Shown here: positions 10,714 to 21,508 of the stretch, piece by piece
Layout: every line of letters begins with the position of its first letter
Numbering within the stretch: position 1 is the first letter of the stretch
Assembly: GCA_000388065.2 (NCBI GenBank)
Contig: KB932202.1
Direction: 5' to 3' (one strand)
Source: Fonticula alba ATCC 38817
Taxonomy: Eukaryota; Protista; Nucleariida
DNA: 32,027 nt
Position numbers and translations under genes: made by a program
Notes under the pieces: model-generated
What the model saw: only the letters and a program-made list of their open reading frames with translations
Told to the model about the DNA's origin: nothing
Databases searched by the model: none

Positions 10714-12343
10714 CGTCGCCGGGGGGGGGGGGAGAAGGGGGCGGCTGGGTTCGGGTGGGCGCCGAGCGACTGCGCGTGACCCAGGGCGCCGAGCGACCGG
10801 CCGGACAAGAAGGAGGGACGGGGTTTTGAGGGGGCGCCGGATGGGGGCGCTGCCGTCTCAGCGAGGGGCGCGGCGAAGGAGGCGAAGGCTGACTTGCAGG
10901 AGGAGCGAGAGGGGGCGGGCTGGAGATCGAAGGCTGTGCCAGGTACTGAGAAAGGGGAAAAAGAATGAGAGAGGGGGGGGGCTGAGGAGGGGAGAGGAGG
11001 AGAGGGAATCTATGCGCGCCGTCTTCCCGGGAGTGAACATGAATGATCCTGAAGAAGATCGCGCGTCCGGGCGGCGTCCGGCGTCCCTGCCCGATCCTGG
11101 GTCAGCGCTGGGGCTCTGGGTGAGCCGGTATCGGGGCGCTGTGTGGGTGTGGGTGTGGGTGTGTGGGTGTGTGGGTGTTTGCCATTGACACGCGACATCA
11201 CCCCCCAATCGAGGCCGTCGACACTCCCTCACGGAACAGGCAACGGGAGATGACAAAAATCAGGCCCGACGGCCTCCCGACAAACACAGCAGAGTCTAGT
11301 GGGCAACGGTGTGAGCTTGCCACCCACAGGGTGGAAGTGGGCGCACGCCGCAGGCAGGGGGCGCATAAAAAACGGTCTGCTCTCTGAGCGAGCCTGAGAA
11401 AGTATTCCGGGGTTGGAGGAGCGTCCGGTGTGTACGCATGCGTGGGTGTGCATGTGCTCCTCTTTGTGGCGCCCGCCTCGGCACAAACGGCAACGGCTAT
11501 GGGTTCCCAGGAGTCGGGGGCTGCCGATGGCTCAACTTGGTCCTCCTGCACCGGGTCGCAGGATGCCGAAATGAGGGAAGCCGGCCGTTTGGAGCCGACC
11601 CGCCCCCCGCCCACCCCCCTGTCTCCCTCACGCCCTCTCTCGCTCTCTCACTGCATCCCCCCACTTAGCGCCCGTCTTCTCTTTCTCTCCCTAAAGCACG
11701 CCCAGCCGCGCCGCCCGGGTGTTCGCTGTCCGGCAGCCGCGCGTGCATGGAGCCATGCGTGGTCATATGCCGTGCACCCCGGGAACAACACGCCGTGCTG
11801 CACTGAGAGAGAGAGAGAGAGAGACACACACACACCCAGCGAACGGAAGGGGGCGCGGTCACTTCGGAAGGGCCGCGGCCAACGCTGTTACACCGAGGGT
11901 ATAGGAGTATAGCACCCCCACCCCATGGACCTTGCGGCGCGTGTCCCCCCTCTGTGAGCGGACGAGCGATTTTTCCCCGAACTCCGCCCCTCCCCCCNNN
12001 NNNNNNNNNNNNNNNNNNNNNNNNNNNNNNNNNNNNNNNNNNNNNNNNNNNNNNNNNNNNNNNNNNNNNNNNNNNNNNNNNNNCCCCCCAGCGAGACTTG
12101 CCCGTTGCCGAGCCGAGGCACGCCGGGGGTGGGATTTCAAAAAATAAAAACCGTGGGGAAGTTAAGACTGCGTTGGGACCGGGGAGCTTTGCGAATCGCC
12201 CACACGTGATACGGATACCCCACAATCGACTGCTCCGGGCGTGGAGAAACGCGTGAACTTGTGGAGAAGAGCCGAGCAGGCAGGGCCCAGCGTTGGTCCC
12301 TTTGGAAGTGCCAATGGAGAGTGAAATCTAAACTGCATTGGTG

Positions 12344-12345
<2 letters not shown>

Positions 12346-12410
<65 letters not shown>
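12346..12410 (+). repeat. (GT)~32 microsatellite
   Basis: Read directly; about 220 nt downstream of the permease stop codon. Confidence 0.95.
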
Positions 12411-12414
<4 letters not shown>

Positions 12415-12632
12415 GAGGGGAGCCTCTTTCCGTGGCCCGGTTGTTTTTTGTTTTTGTTTTTTCCCCGGGGGAGGGAAAGAGGGGGATAATACAAGGACAC
12501 AGACGCGCGGGAGCGCATGCGACAAGGAGGAAAGGCAGGGAGAGAGGGGAGGAAGGGAGAGGCGCGCGTCTGAGCGTGCTCCCAAAATGGGGGCGTGCCG
12601 CTTCGATGGGCCGTTGGGCTTTTCCTCTGTGC

Positions 12633-14852
12633 TCACGCGGCGGCACCGGCGGCCAGCGAAGAGATGCAGCCACCCAGAGCGTCGGCCATGGCACCGCAAT
12701 CCTCGCGCACGACGATAAACTCGATGACCGTGGTGAGGATGGCGCACGCCAGCCCGCCAACCACAATCAGGGTGTACACCCAGCGCTCGAACGGCCGGAC
12801 GCCATGCCAGCCAACCAGCATGAAGTGCATCATGGGCGGGCAGACGAAGGCAAGCAGGGACATCGGCACACCGACCAGGTTGGTGATCAGGCCGAAGGAC
12901 TTCACCTGGGCCAGGCCGAAGGTCAGGGCCACAAGGACCGTTCGAATGCCACAGCGCTTCAGGTAGTCGAGAGAGTGCACCACGCCCGGGCGGAGGAGGG
13001 CATTCTCGACGATCTCACGGCCGGCGGAGAAAATCAGCGGGTAAGTGAAAATCAAGTCAATGCAGATGGCCACCTTGATGACATCCACCAGGACCGAGGG
13101 GATGGTCAGGTTGTGCAGGATGTTGGAGCAGATGTCCTCCCCGAAGAAGAGGTAGCCCAGGATGGCGAAGACGATGTTCGACAGCGAGACAAAGGCAACC
13201 GACAGGGCCAACGGCAGCCAGAACCGCCGGGGGTAGCGCATGGACCGCTCAATTGGCAGAACCAGGAAGCTGATGCAGAAGAGGAAAGCCACCGAGCCGA
13301 AGGAGTGGAAGTACGTGTCAAAGCGAATGAGCGTCGGGTCGGCCGTGCGCAGGTCATCCAGGTGGTGATCGAAGCCATAGACCATGGTCACGACCATGCC
13401 CACGACCAGGCAGAGGGTTCCGACGACCGACGTGTAGGACAGGGCCTTGAGGGTGCGAAGCCCTGGTTGGGGAGGGGGACGGGAGAGGCAAGCAGATTGG
13501 CAGGTTAGAGGATGGATCGCCGGCCGCTCGAGGCTGTTGGAAAAGGGCGCCGGCCAAGCTGAACGGAGCGGGGCCCGGTGAGGTCGGTGAACGTACAGGT
13601 GATCGGCAGGATGATGAGCGTGGTGACAAGCTTGTAATCGAAGCTTGAGAACCTCGGGTACGCATCGTGCATGGTGTCACCGACAAAGACAATGTAGGAG
13701 GCACTCACACCGAGGGAGGCGAAAATCAGCAGAAGGAAAACACCCACAGAGAGGCTGGGGCCGAAGACCTCGCGCGCTGAGGAGGATGTCAGTGTGTGTG
13801 TGTGTGTGTGTGTCGGCTTGTCGAAGAGCGGCGCGGGAGGAGGGCAAAACAGGGAAAACACGCGGGCCCCGGCCATACCGAGATCCACATAAGTGAGCTC
13901 GCGCTTGAAGGTGCGCGACGCGACGAGGCGCTTGCACCGAACCAGGATGAGAACGGAGTAGGTGCAAACCAGGCCGAAAAGAATGATGGTCAAGGAGCCG
14001 CCGATGATGCCCATGTTCTTCAGGCAGTACGGCAGCATGAAAGACCCGGCACCAACAATGGACTTGGTGATCTGTCGACGCAAGCAGGAAGGGATTGGAA
14101 GGAGGAGGGGGGGAGGGGGGCGCCGATCGGGGCGTCGCACAAAGGGTGCAAGTCAGTGACGATGTGGCGGTGTTGCTTGGGGCGCCGGCAATGAGGGGCG
14201 GCGGGGGGTAGCTGGGAGCGGGGGAGGAGAGAGAGAGAGAGAGGAGTGTCACACGCCGCACGTACATTCATCAGGGTCTGGAAGGTGGTCGTCAGGTGTG
14301 AAAGGACGGGCATGGTGTCGAAGTGTCCGGGTGAGGTGGCCGACCGGTTGCGCGTCTGCACCGAGTCGGCGTCCGAGGAGAGGGCATCGTAGGACAGGCC
14401 GGTGTCCTTGCCGGGCGGCAGAAGCGCCGCATCGGCGCCGGGGACCGGCTGCCCGAGGCTGGACACATGCGATGCCGACTGGACGCGGCGGAAGGCGCTG
14501 GAGGCCGAAGGGGCCTGACACAGAGGGTCAAGCCAGGAGGGGGGAAGGGGGAGCACGGCCATCGGAGGGAGCGAGGCGAAGGGTCAGTGGCATGGGAAGG
14601 GGGGGGGGGCGGGGGGAGGAGTCGCCGGTGTAGAGCATGCGCATTGCGTCAGGCTGTGGGAGGGAGGACGCAGTCGGGCGAGGCACGAACAATCTCACTG
14701 TCAAGGTCGGTCGATCCGCTGTTGTGGTTAATGCTCAGCTCGGCCTGCTGGTGGGAACCATAATCGTCGGCGTCATCGTCGTAGAGGGAGAAAACCGCCG
14801 GGGCACTGTTGGGATCCAGCAGCGGCTGTGCGTCCGGAGAGGAGCCGGTCAT
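12633..14852 (-). CDS. Amino acid/auxin permease (AAAP, Aa_trans, SLC36/SLC38/AVT-like), 537 aa; complement(join(12633..13462,13597..13776,13879..14071,14266..14514,14691..14852))
   Basis: Spliced TM1 signature TLMNITKSIVGAGSFMLPY, plus LRTLKALSYTSVVG, LPIERSMRYPRRF, FAILGYLFFG and LIFTYPLIFSAGREIVE. It has a long hydrophilic N-terminus. Exons sum to 1614 nt (538 codons). The start codon is inferred (MTGSSPDAQPLL). Confidence 0.9.
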
Positions 14853-16379
14853 GGCCGGAGGGAGAGAGAGAGAGGCGTCGCGGAGGTCCGGTGCGGTCCT
14901 GCTCGAGGAGGAGACGAGCGGAGAGGGGGCGCGGAAGAGCAGGAGGGGGCGGGGGAGGGAGAGCAGAAGGGGGCGCAGGGGAAGACACCAACGGGGCGGT
15001 GTCCGGCTGGTGGAGATGTGGAGGAGGAAAATATCCAACGGGGGGGGGGATCTGATCTGGAATCGGTGGGGTTTCAATGTTTAGCCTCTCCGGCGGGGGG
15101 GGGGGAGGGGGGGATGGCCCGCGCGGCGGCATGTCAGCCGGACACCGCCAGGGGGAAGGGCGGGAGGGCGTGGCGGCATCCGTCGGGGGTTGGGCTTGTC
15201 GCTCGTAACCAGACTATGCAGGGGCGGCAGGCACATACCACCGCGCCGCTGGGAGGGCCACGGCCCGGCGCGCTTGTTTCGCCGCGTCCTGCGGATTCGG
15301 CCGTGGGACACACGCAGGACGGAAAAGCCCGCCTGGTCGCGGGGCCGGCACTGGAACTGCCAGGCACGCCAGTCATCTCATTTCGCGAGGCGCGGGCGTC
15401 TTCACGCGTGCAGCGAGCAATCTCGCCACATCGAGCCGGGGGCGTGTGCGGGGGGGGCGGGGGGGGGCAGATGACTCGGGCGCATCACTTGCCCATATGG
15501 CCCCGTCCCAATGCCCGTTGGCAAGAGTTGCCCCCCCCCCCTCCGCCCCCCCTCCGCCCCCGACATCGCCAGCCCTCGCTGACACAAGCGCGAATACAGG
15601 GGAACACGGTCAGTCATCCGGCGCCGCCGTTGCCCCTCCTCCCAACAGGGCAGGGCGTCCTCGTCGAGGGGGCAGGATGACAAGCACAACTGCCCGGAGC
15701 TGGGGGCACTCACGTCCAGGCGGTACCCCCCCCCCCACTCTCAACAAGAGACAGACACACCGCAAAGGCGGGACAGACATATTGGACGGCCGCCGAGCGG
15801 ACCGATGCCTGGGGGACAACCGGCCGGGGGCGGCGCCGCAGAGGGGGAGGACACCGGCACGAAAATACCCTTCAGGGAGGAGGGTTTCTGTGGGAAGTTC
15901 CGGCACGTGATACGGGCCGTTCGTGACCGCCGCTGTCGACCGTGCCCGCCGCCCTGGCCCTCTCCCACCACACACACACACACACACACGCGCGCGCAGG
16001 GGCGGGGGGCAGGTTCGGGGAGGAAGAGCACGGCTCCCCCGGAGAGAGAGAGAGAGAGAGAGGAACAGATGCCCAGCAGGCCGAGAGAAAGAGCCCACAA
16101 CAGGAGAGGGATGTATTTTGTTCTGCCTTCTGGCGGCCAGCCACGCGCGATCCTGCTCCATCCCTCCGGGGGCGAGAGCGAGAGAGAGAGGGAGAGAGAG
16201 AGAGAGAGGAGGGGAGGGAAAGAAGGAGGAAGGAGACACACGCAGGGAAATGTGCATAAGGATGGGGGATCTAGTCAAGTGCGCCCCAGGGTCACCCCCC
16301 GGCCCCGCCTTTCGAGAAGCGGCAGGCGCGCAAAGGAGCAGCGCAAGCAGTGCGAACAGGTGAGCGTGAGGCAGGCCGG

Positions 16380-19077
16380 TCATGAGAATGCCCCAGGAGG
16401 GAAGAGGCCGGCGCCAGCGCCAGCCACAGAAGTCGCGCCATGGCCGGAGGGGGGGCTCCGGTGGTGGGCACCGGTCTGCGCCGGCGGGACATAGCCCTCG
16501 CGCACATTCCACTGAAGGCAACGCTCCAGCGAGGAAAACCAGTCGTCCGTGGCGTCGGAGCACCGAGACACAATCGGCACGGGGAAGGGCGAAACCGACA
16601 CCACAACATGATCCCCCCGGCGAAGCTCCGCCACCTGGTTCCCATCGACGGTCAGCCAGGCAGACGCACGGGACGTCGGGGCCGGAGCCGATGTCGCCAA
16701 GGCCAGCCCGGTTCCAGCACGGGGAAGGCTCACCAGCGGGGGGTAGCCCGTCGCGCGGGCCCCGGCCCCGGCCCCGGCCCCAGGCGCAGCGGCAGTGGCA
16801 TCGCCCTGGTCGCCGCCAGGAAGGGCGGGCATTGCTGCCTCTTCGGAGGATGACGAAGAGGCGAAGCCCATGCCTCCGAGCAGCGACGCGCCGAGGGCCA
16901 TGCCACTGGCTGCCAGGTCGAGGTCGGTGTGGGAGGAGGAAACTGAAGGAGGGGCCGAGCTGGTGCTCGGCAGGGGGGGATTGGTGATGGTCAAGGGCAC
17001 GGTGGCCGGGACGATGACCGGGCGGAAGGACAGCCCATGCGGGCAGATGGGCGTCAGTAGGATCCCCGGAACCGCCGGGTGGACGAGACTCCCACCGGCC
17101 GACAGGGAGTACGCCGTCGAGCCGGTGGGCGTGGCAATGATCAGCCCGTCGGCATTGATGGTTCCGCGCATGTGTCGATCTCCGACGGCCAGCTGCAGGG
17201 CGGTCAGGTGCGGCGACACGCCCCGATCGATCACCAGCTCATTGAGCGCATGGAAAGTCCGAACGTGAGCCTGGCTCGGGTCGCTCGAGGAGCCGGCCCC
17301 GGCACAGAGGGGGTGGCTGCCCTCCTTGCCGGCGGGACGACCGGAATTCCGGCAGCAGCCATTCGACAAGGATGACGAAGACGAGGATGACGGTTCGGTC
17401 GCCCCACCGGGGGGGGAGCAGCGCTCGTCGTTGGAGTGAGAGCAGAGGGGAACGGCGCTGCTGCGGCTGGGCCCGCCGGCGGTCGGGGGACAGGCAGCCT
17501 CCCCGGGGGACTGGCTTGGCGACTCGCCGACAGGCAGCGACAGAGAAGGAGCCGAGGTGGACATTCCCAGGGTGCCAAAGGCAGGCACAAGACCGGGGCT
17601 GGCGGCGCCCACATCGTGTGGTACGTAGGCACATTGGATGCGCATCTTGTGGGTGATGGCCGCTTGCTGGGGGGCCGGCATTCACGTGCAGGCCCCGAGC
17701 GCAGAAGGGAGAGAGCAGGGGGAAAAGCCGGAGATCATGTCAGGAAAACCGCAGCCCGAGGCTAGAAGGGCGGGGGGGGGAGGGAAGGGGGGCAGAAGGG
17801 CCGAAAGGGCGAAGGCCAACGCACAGCAGTGGCGATCAACTGGAACTTGCGCGGGAAGCTGCCAACCGAGTGGGGCGTCAAGAAGCCCAGTGTCCCCAGG
17901 CGCAGAGGAAGCACTGGCGGCATATGCCGAGGAAAGAGCGAAGAAGCACGACTGGGGGAGGTGTGTGAGTGCTCACATGTGGGGGGGGGGGGAACAGAGG
18001 GAGGGAGAGAGAGAGAGGGAGGGGGGGGGGAAAGGCAGAGGGCAAGAGGGAGGGGCCTCGAGGACACAGTGGGATAGCGTGGGAAGGCCCCTTGGCAGCC
18101 GTGGCAGGAGAGGGGGAAAACAGGAGGAGCAGGGAGACGCCGAGCGTACAGGACCGTGCCGTCGCCGCCAAGAGTCACAATCAGATCGATGTCCGAGTGG
18201 GAGGATTCGCAGAAGGGCTCGGAGCAAGCGGAGCTGCACTGCATACAGTCCTCCGTCGATAGAGGGCTCATGGGACAGGGGCCATCATCCAATGAAGCGG
18301 CCTGCTGCTGCAGGCGCTGCTTGAATGCCAACAGCGACCGGACACAGCGCCGCGCTTCGCCGGCCGGGAGAAAGGGAACCACGCGATCGCTGTCGAGGAG
18401 GCCGGTCTGGGCATGGATGTGCGCACATGTGCAAGGGGTCAGCGGTCGCGAGAAGCCGGGGTGGATCATCTCCATGATGAGGAGCAGGGGGGGAGGGGGG
18501 GGGGGGCCTGCCGCCTGGCAAGGGAGCAGCAGCGGGGGTAGGAGATCCGCAAGAGGCGTATGCGCGCACCTGGCGGACATGTTGGTCCAGGAAGTTGGAC
18601 GTTTCCAGGAAGATGAGGATCGGCGGGTGTGCCGGGCGATCGGAGCCGGGAGCTTGGTGGATTTGACGGGAACGACCGTCAGAATGGAGCCCATCGGGGA
18701 TGGACGGCCATGGCAATGGGGAGGAGCGAGGCAGGGGGCAGCACCGGAGATCGGTGGTCGATAGCCACAAGAGACGGGGGGGGGGGGATGCATATGGACG
18801 TACTGGTGGCCCAGGGCGAGGGCGGTGTGGCAGTGGTGGCGGCCACGGTCATCGCCACCGAGGCTGCCTCGTGTGCCGCGTCGTAGGTGTGGTATTGCAA
18901 AATCCAGGAAGCCACGCTGGCCAGAGTGGCCGAGACATTCAGATCGTTGTGCTTACAGACGAGAAGCACTCGCCGGATCGGCAGCGACGCGGACAGATGT
19001 CGCGCGATGGCCGTCCGATCGCCAGGCGGGAGCTGCAGCCCTGGCAGGCTACCCCGGGGAGAAGCGGGCGAGGTCAT
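16380..19077 (-). CDS. NADK: NAD(+)/NADH kinase, about 675 aa; complement(join(16380..17666,17825..17951,18150..18406,18570..18652,18804..19077))
   Basis: [14 protein letters not shown] (GGDG motif), [52 protein letters not shown] and [13 protein letters not shown]. Intron phases are consistent and exons sum to 2028 nt. The start ATG is inferred; the frame stays open upstream. Confidence 0.93.
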
Positions 19078-19786
19078 GGTGACTGCAGGGGTGGAGGGTG
19101 CTGTGTCACAGCTGCCCGACGCGCAATGCGTCTGGATGCCGGATCCCGAGGCTGGTCGGCGTGGCGATGGAAGGAAAGGCAGAGGGGAAGGGGCGGGGGG
19201 GGGNNNNNNNNNNGGGGGGGGGGGGGGGGGGAAGGAGGCGAAGAGGGGTGTCATACTCCCTCGGGAGCGGAATCTGGGGTGGGGAAAAAAAAGGCTGTGT
19301 ACCGTGTACACACACGCACACACTCTCGCACCGACCGCCGCCTTCCACCCCGACCGGCACATTGTCTGGCTCGCCAGCTCACGTCGAGCCCCGGCGCAAG
19401 ATGGCCCTGACCATGCACGGGCCGGCTTTACAGGATGGACGAGGACGAGACCACGCCCGCCGTGCCGGGGGGGGGGGACATGACAGACTGCACCCCGAGC
19501 AATCTCCCGCCCGGCGGGTACCCTGCGAGGGGGGGGGGGGGGGGACCAGAGGCTCCCCCTCGGGTCAGGGCAGGGGCCCTCCGGCAGCCGAATGGTCAAC
19601 ACCAACGGGAGTCGGCGATCTCCGGCTGGGTGACGTTGCGTCATGCCGGGGAACGGTGTCGCACACACGGCCGGCGTGCGTCTTCTCGCGCGGGCTGGTG
19701 CACCCTGGCCCCCCCCCTCAGCCGATGCAAGCCTCGAAATTGCGCCTGCGTGTTTAATCCGAGTTGAGCGTCACCCCAGGGACATG

Positions 19787-19822
<36 letters not shown>

Positions 19823-19952
19823 CAAAGGGAGGGGCACGCGCGTGTCGGCCGGCGCCCAGGCCGCAGGAGCGCGTGTTTCGTTGGCATGTGTCGGGCTGAG
19901 GAAGGTCCCCGGATCGGCGGGCGACCTGCCGACCTTCTCCCCGGCCCCCGGG

Positions 19953-19976
19953 GCGCGCGCGCGCGCGCGCGCGCGC
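19953..19976 (+). repeat. Perfect (GC)12 tract
   Basis: Read directly; a self-complementary alternating purine-pyrimidine run. Confidence 0.95.
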
Positions 19977-20474
19977 AGGATGTTCCTCACCGCGCGGGGG
20001 AAGAGTGCAGGCACATGGACGCGTTCTCGCGCCCGCGCCGGCACGCGCCTGGATGCGAAGGCCCCGGCCCTTCTCCAGGTTGAGGGGAAGGAGCATGGAC
20101 CGGTCGACGCCCGGGGGGCCAGTTCTTGGAAACACGCTCCAATGACCCGCCTCCGTCATGGCCCAGGCCTGCGCCCCCCTCCCCCCCCCTTTCTGATGGC
20201 GGCCAGCCAGCGGCCAGAGGCGCAGGCATCCTCCGAAGCACACGGCTCAGGGCGAACTGTAAACACTCGACCAGACTGGCCCGCCCGTGGAAAGGCTGAG
20301 GGGGGGGGGGGGGGACAGCGGGCCCAGGCAAGGCCCCCTCGGGGTCCTCCTCTTTAACGTACGCAGTGGCCGGCCGCGAGGCCTCCAGCCGCCCTCTCTG
20401 GCGGGCACGGGGCTCCCCTAATAGGGGGAGTGCTTTGTTCTTCTCACGGGCGACTCCCCCGTGCATATGTTGTC

Positions 20475-20518
20475 TGTGTGTGTGTGTGTGTGTGTGTGTG
20501 CGCGTGCGCACGCGCGCG
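20475..20518 (+). repeat. (TG)13 followed by mixed CG/TG/CA, a 44-bp alternating purine-pyrimidine tract
   Basis: TGTG...TGCGCGTGCGCACGCGCGCG, read directly. Confidence 0.9.
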
Positions 20519-21508
20519 GACCGCTCGACGACAGCAAGGCACCGCGAAGGCCACCCGGGCGCGAATAAGAGACGCACCCATCCCCTCCGCCAGATCGGGG
20601 TGCAGGCCGGGCCGCGCCAGGCCAGATCGTCGCCCGCGCTGCCCGCGCCAGTTAGCCTGCCCTGGGCGGGTTCCGCTCGCCAGGAAACGTATGCCCGCCC
20701 CCGCCCATTGGCGCCTGTGTGTCTGGGGCAATCCCCGCCCAAGGGGGGTGGCGACTGGCAAGCGCAGACGCGAAGCAACGTCTCGGCCAAGGACACAAAC
20801 CGCATGATCACGTTTATGCCCCGCCCCGGTGTGACCTATGTGTGATCCTATTTGGTGCGGGCTTACTAATTCCCCTTGCCGCCGGCCGCCTCCCCGGTCG
20901 TGAGCTCCCAACCGTGTGGGCTCTCCCCTGGCTTTGGCTTCCGAGCAGGGTGCACGGCAAGGCGGGCCAGAGCGGCAAAGGGGGGGGGGGGACTGCCAGC
21001 GGCAGACGCATGTGGCAGTCAGCCTACGAAAGTCGGGACCTCAGGCCCAGGCATGCCTGGTCCGGTTACACCTGGCCTGGTCCCCCGCCGGGCGTGCCTC
21101 GACCGCAGGTGGCACCCCAGATTGCCCCCTCCCCCCCCCCCCCCCCACCATGGAAGCCGGGGGAAAGATCCCCCCCCCCCCGGAAGTCTTACCTCAGCGC
21201 AGGATCACCCCACAAATCGCCAGACACAGGGGCCGGCGCGGGGCGCGATGCCCATACAAAGGGGGGCCGCGCGCCTCACGCGGTCCTGGACGCTCAGCCC
21301 CCCTTCCCCCCTCCCCCCTGACCAGATCCGTGTTTGCCCTTCGCCAAACACCCCTCAGAATCCGTGCGTCCCTCTTGCTTGGCTGTCCCTTGCGCACCCG
21401 CTGCGTTCTCTCTCACGCGCCACGCATCGCTTCGCCCCGGCTACCTGGGCCCGGCCGCGCTCCCTCGATCCTGACCCCGCGTGTGCCCCCCGCGCCAGAG
21501 CGAGAGGC

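Noticed and set aside
11010-11912. Possible small gene between CDC45 and the permease (ORFs 11198-11614 and 11430-11912)
   Set aside because: No recognisable domain and no coherent start, splice and stop set that I can support.
16664-16669. Perfect GTGCGT donor-like hexamer in the last NADK exon
   Set aside because: It lies inside the conserved [11 protein letters not shown] motif; splicing here would delete essential sequence.
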